A DNA stretch of 64,000 nt from positions 166,036,001-166,100,000 of the forward strand of contig CM126213.1 in assembly GCA_052327205.1 (NCBI GenBank). The letters run 5' to 3'. Position 1 is the first letter of the stretch. Every line of letters begins with the position of its first letter. The position numbers and the translations under genes were made by a program. Shown here one piece after another: positions 60,514 to 64,000 of the stretch. This DNA comes from Somniosus microcephalus (taxonomy: Eukaryota). A model generated the notes under the pieces. That model was not told the origin of the DNA, made no database searches, and saw only the letters and a list, made by a program, of their open reading frames with translations.

Positions 60514-60849
60514 CTTTGTCCGTTAAAGCGAATTCTGGGGGGGCGCATGTGGCAGAACCACTGAATGACTCTGGCTAACTGTATATAATTCTCTTTAACG
60601 ATGTTCTAACACCAGCCTAAACCTGTACCATTGTGGTAGGCATTACAGCGTTTTGTATATAGAGTTTGCATGTACGGGGCGCGGCCCCTTTAAGAGCGCA
60701 GGAAAACGCGGGCAAACGCGATGACGTCATGTCGCAAACCACAGGACTGCCCAGACAGTCCTCGTGGCATCTCCGTTGAGTAAAGACCTGTTTGATTGTT
60801 CTCGTGTCGATCTCCGTTATTCGTAGGAATTCGTTAATTCCTACAAGAA

Positions 60850-61858
60850 GCCATTTCAACCACCTCCAGCGTGATCCCACCACCAAACGCATCTTCCCCT
60901 CACCTCCCCTTTCAGCATTCCGTAGGGACCGCTCCCTCCGCGACACCCTAGTCCACTCCTCTACCAAACCCAGCACCCCTTCGCCCAGCACCTTCCCGTG
61001 CAAGCACAGGAGATGCAACACATGCCCTTATACCTCCCCCCTTCCTACTGTCCAGGGCCCCAAACACCCCTTCCAGGTGAAACAGCGATTTTGTACTTCT
61101 TGCAATTTAGTATACTGTATTCGCTGCTCACGATGTGGTCTCCTCTACATTGGGGAGACCAAACGCAGATTGGGTGATCGCTTTGCGGAACACCTCCGTT
61201 CAGTCCGTAAGGGGGACCCCGAGCTCCCGGTGGCCTGTCACTTTAATTCACCGCTCCATTCCCACTCAGCCCTCGGCCTCTTGTATTGTTCCACGGAAGC
61301 TCAGCATAAGCTCGAGGAACAGCACCTCATCTTTCGATTAGGCACTCTACAGCCCTCTGGACTCAACAGAGTTCAACAATTTCAGATCATAACCTCGGCC
61401 CCTATCACACATAAATACATGTTATGCATGTAAAAAAAATATATATATATGTATATTCTTTTTTTATCCACACTTTTTGTTTGGCTTTTTTTCTCCCCTC
61501 CCACATGGCAGCTGTCCTTCACTCTGCCAGCGCAATTCACACTTCATCTAGAGCCATCCTTTGTTCCGTAACCTGTCCCATTACCATCTCCTTTTGCCTT
61601 GAATATCTCTCAATGTCTCTTAATCTCTCCTGCTTTCTATCCCATCACTGACCTTCCCTTTTGTTCTTTCATCCCTCCCCCTTTTCCCAGCCCCTAAACT
61701 TACTTTCCATTTCCTGCTTTTTTCCAGTTCTGACAAAAGGCCTTCAACCTGAAACGTTAACTCTGTTTCTCTCTCCACGGATGCTGCCTGACCTGCTGAG
61801 TTTTTCCAGTGTTTTCTGTTATTTCGGATTTCCAGCATCCGCAGTATTTTGCTATTGT
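60850..61858 (+). mobile_element. Penelope-like element 3' fragment (GIY-YIG endonuclease plus terminal repeat)
   Basis: PLSAFRRDRSLRDTLV...CKHRRCNTC...NLVYCIRCSRCGLLYIGETKRRLGDRFAEH...PSGLN; hammerhead-like core at 61730-61760. Confidence 0.9.
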
Positions 61859-62339
61859 GTTGGAAGACGTAAAGAAATGCCTCTAAGGAATAAAACTAGT
61901 TAAGGGACCTGCTTTGCACCCACACTAATGTATATTCCTGGACCTTGCAGTAACAGCCATTAACCAGATGTGTGCACTATAGCCAACAATTAACAAACCA
62001 ACAGATGACCTGACAAAAAAGCATCACTTTTGTCACAATTTTCTTTTCTTTTTTAAAATGGACCAAACAAGGTTACTTCAGATGAAGGAGACCCCTTGAA
62101 CCATTTAAACCAGAGGCAGGCAAAAAACAGCCCGTGAAAGGATTCTATCTGGCCCGCTGCTTCTGGAAATTACCAGAGAGAAAACAAAAAGTTTTTGCTT
62201 CTGCTGCTTTGATTGGTTGCTGCCGGGGCTCTGTGGCCCTCTAGGGGTCGACGAGTTTGGTATGTTCCATCTGCAGTGTCCCTGGTATTGGTTTTGTCTG
62301 GATCAGTCTGCCTAGCACCCCTCTGTATCTGAGACGATT

Positions 62340-62648
62340 CCAGAACCAGGGGTCACAGTCTAAGGATAAGGGGTAAGCCATTTAGGACTGAGATGAGGAG
62401 GAATTTCTTCACCCAGAGAGTGGTGAACCTGTGGAATTCTCTACCACAGAAGGCCGTAGAGGCCAATTCATTAAATATATTCAAGAAGGAGTTAGATATA
62501 TTTCTTAAGGCTAAAGGGATCAAGGGATATGGGGAGAAGGCAGGGACCGGGTACTGAATTTGGATGATCAGCCATGATCTCATTGAATGGCGGAGCAGGC
62601 TCGAGGGGCCAAATGGACTACTCCTGCTCCTATCTTCTATGTTTCTAT
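62340..62648 (+). mobile_element. CR1 3' end, young subfamily, nested in hAT
   Basis: Near-identical to 14767-15062. Confidence 0.93.
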
Positions 62649-63494
62649 GAAGTCTCCGGTACAAAGACTGTGTATGTGTGCTGGCGAGTCATTTTGCAGC
62701 ACGTGTTGGGTGAGGTCGCAGCTCGAGGAGTATCCAGCTATGTTTTTTTTTTGATTATCTCTTTGGGGGCCTGCTTTTAAAAATAAATAAATCTGTGTAC
62801 TTAATGTGCAGGTGGGTTGCGAACCAGGGGGGGAGCCGGAGTCAGCCTGGAATTGCATTGGTGGGGTTTGCAGGGGGTGGGGGGTGGTGCATTTCCCACA
62901 GTTGAACGAAGCGGATTGGCTGTCTGATTTTGCATTCGCCGTTGACATAATGGGCCACATGAACAAACTGAATTTAAGACTGCAAGGGAAGGGGCTTTTT
63001 GCTCATGATTTGCAGTTCAGTGTGAAGTCATTTATGATGAAGTTACTCCTTTTCTCTAGTCAGATAGAAAACAAGCAGTTCAGCCATTTTCCCACTTTGC
63101 AACAGATTGCTGTTTGCGATGAAAAGCACACAACGTCACTACTTGACTTGCACGCTGAATTTTCTCGCCGATTCCAAGATGTTAAAATGATAGAAAATGA
63201 TCTGTCTTTGGTATCCTCGCCATTCGCATTTGATGCTGACAATGCTCCATGTAAGCTCCAACACAAGTTCATCGATCTGCAGGGTGACTCATTGCTTGCG
63301 GTGCAATTCAAATCGGTGCCGCTTCCTGGGTTTTACGCCTCTGTCAATGAGCAAAGCTTTCCAAAGATCAAGGCTCATGCCCAGAAGATACTTGTGCTGT
63401 TTGGATCAACATACACATGCGAGCAGATATTTTCTGGGGTGAAATTCAATAAATCAAGACATTGCTCATCAATGAGCAATGACCACCTTGCAGC

Positions 63495-63890
63495 AGTCCC
63501 ACTCCAGGGACTTGAGCATATAAACCTAGGCTGACATCAGTGCAGTACTGAGGGAGTGCTGCACTATCAGACGTGCCAGCTTTCGGATGAGACGTTAAAC
63601 CAAGGCCCCCGTCTGCCCTCTCAGGTGGACGTAAAAGATCCCATGGCACTATTTCAAAGAGGAGCAGGGGAGTTATCCCCAGTGTCCTGGCCAATATTTA
63701 TCCCTCAATCAACATCATAAAAACAGATTATCTGGTCATCACGTTGCTGTTTGTGGGAGCTTGCTGTGTGCAAATTGGCTGCTGCGTTTATAACAGTGAC
63801 TCCACTTCAAAAGTACTTCATTGGTTGTAAAACGCTTTGCGACGTCCGGTGGTCGTGAAAGGCGCTATATAAATGCGAGTCTTTCTTTCT
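63495..63890 (+). mobile_element. SacSINE1-type DeuSINE, 5'-truncated, nested in the hAT ORF
   Basis: Deu domain and tail as at 52378-52817. Confidence 0.9.
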
Positions 63891-64000
63891 ATTGCAACCA
63901 CGGAGATGATGCCTGGCTTCAGTTCTCTGGCTAGTGCACATCAGAGGCTTCATTCTTCCCATTGAGTGCGTCTTTGTTTTTTTTCAATCCAATTTTTAAT

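Larger units (their letters stand above)
56499..60845 (+). mobile_element. Ty3/Gypsy LTR retrotransposon, CsRn1-like clade, decayed
   Basis: Paired LTRs at 56499-56769 (truncated) and 60548-60845 (TG...CA), polypurine tract at 60536-60547, order gag-pro-RT-RH-IN; flanks ACAA/AGAA. Confidence 0.93.
62112..64000 (+). mobile_element. hAT (Charlie/SPIN/GTF2IRD2-like) transposon relic, internally deleted
   Basis: Left end CAGAGGCAGGCAAA..GGCCCGC; transposase C-terminus WLSDFAFAVDIMGHMNKLNLRLQG...LFGSTYTCEQIFS...; resumes at 63891 as IATTEMMP..HSSH*. Confidence 0.82.

Noticed and set aside
62806-63534. Host GTF2IRD2-like gene
   Set aside because: C-terminal fragment only, interrupted by a SINE and preceded by a CR1 insertion; a hAT relic.

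Overview
Repeat-dense vertebrate genomic DNA, most likely a cartilaginous fish (shark). This is inferred from SacSINE1-type DeuSINEs and abundant CR1 LINEs. There is a 500-N assembly gap at 47417-47916. I cannot support any intact host protein-coding gene; every recognisable ORF is transposon-derived. Contents: many CR1 and L2 LINE fragments, two Rex1 LINEs, an RTEX-like LINE, Penelope fragments with hammerhead-type cores, a decayed two-gene PIF/Harbinger transposon, a near full-length CsRn1-clade Gypsy element plus a related solo LTR, a hAT transposase relic, several MITEs, a probable Helitron end and two G-rich minisatellites. The most interesting observations are: (1) a TSD-bounded 5S-rRNA-promoter SINE with a Rex1-like tail (54768-55158); (2) two independent, inverted insertions of a tRNA-SINE I do not recognise (13382-14318), which shares a 15-mer with the 5S SINE; (3) an apparent SINE-mediated 5' transduction carrying an exon-like segment (51656-52817); (4) a Tc1/pogo-type MITE family carrying paired RFX X-boxes. 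Family names are from recognised motifs and memory, not database searches. Boundaries of degenerate repeats are approximate.
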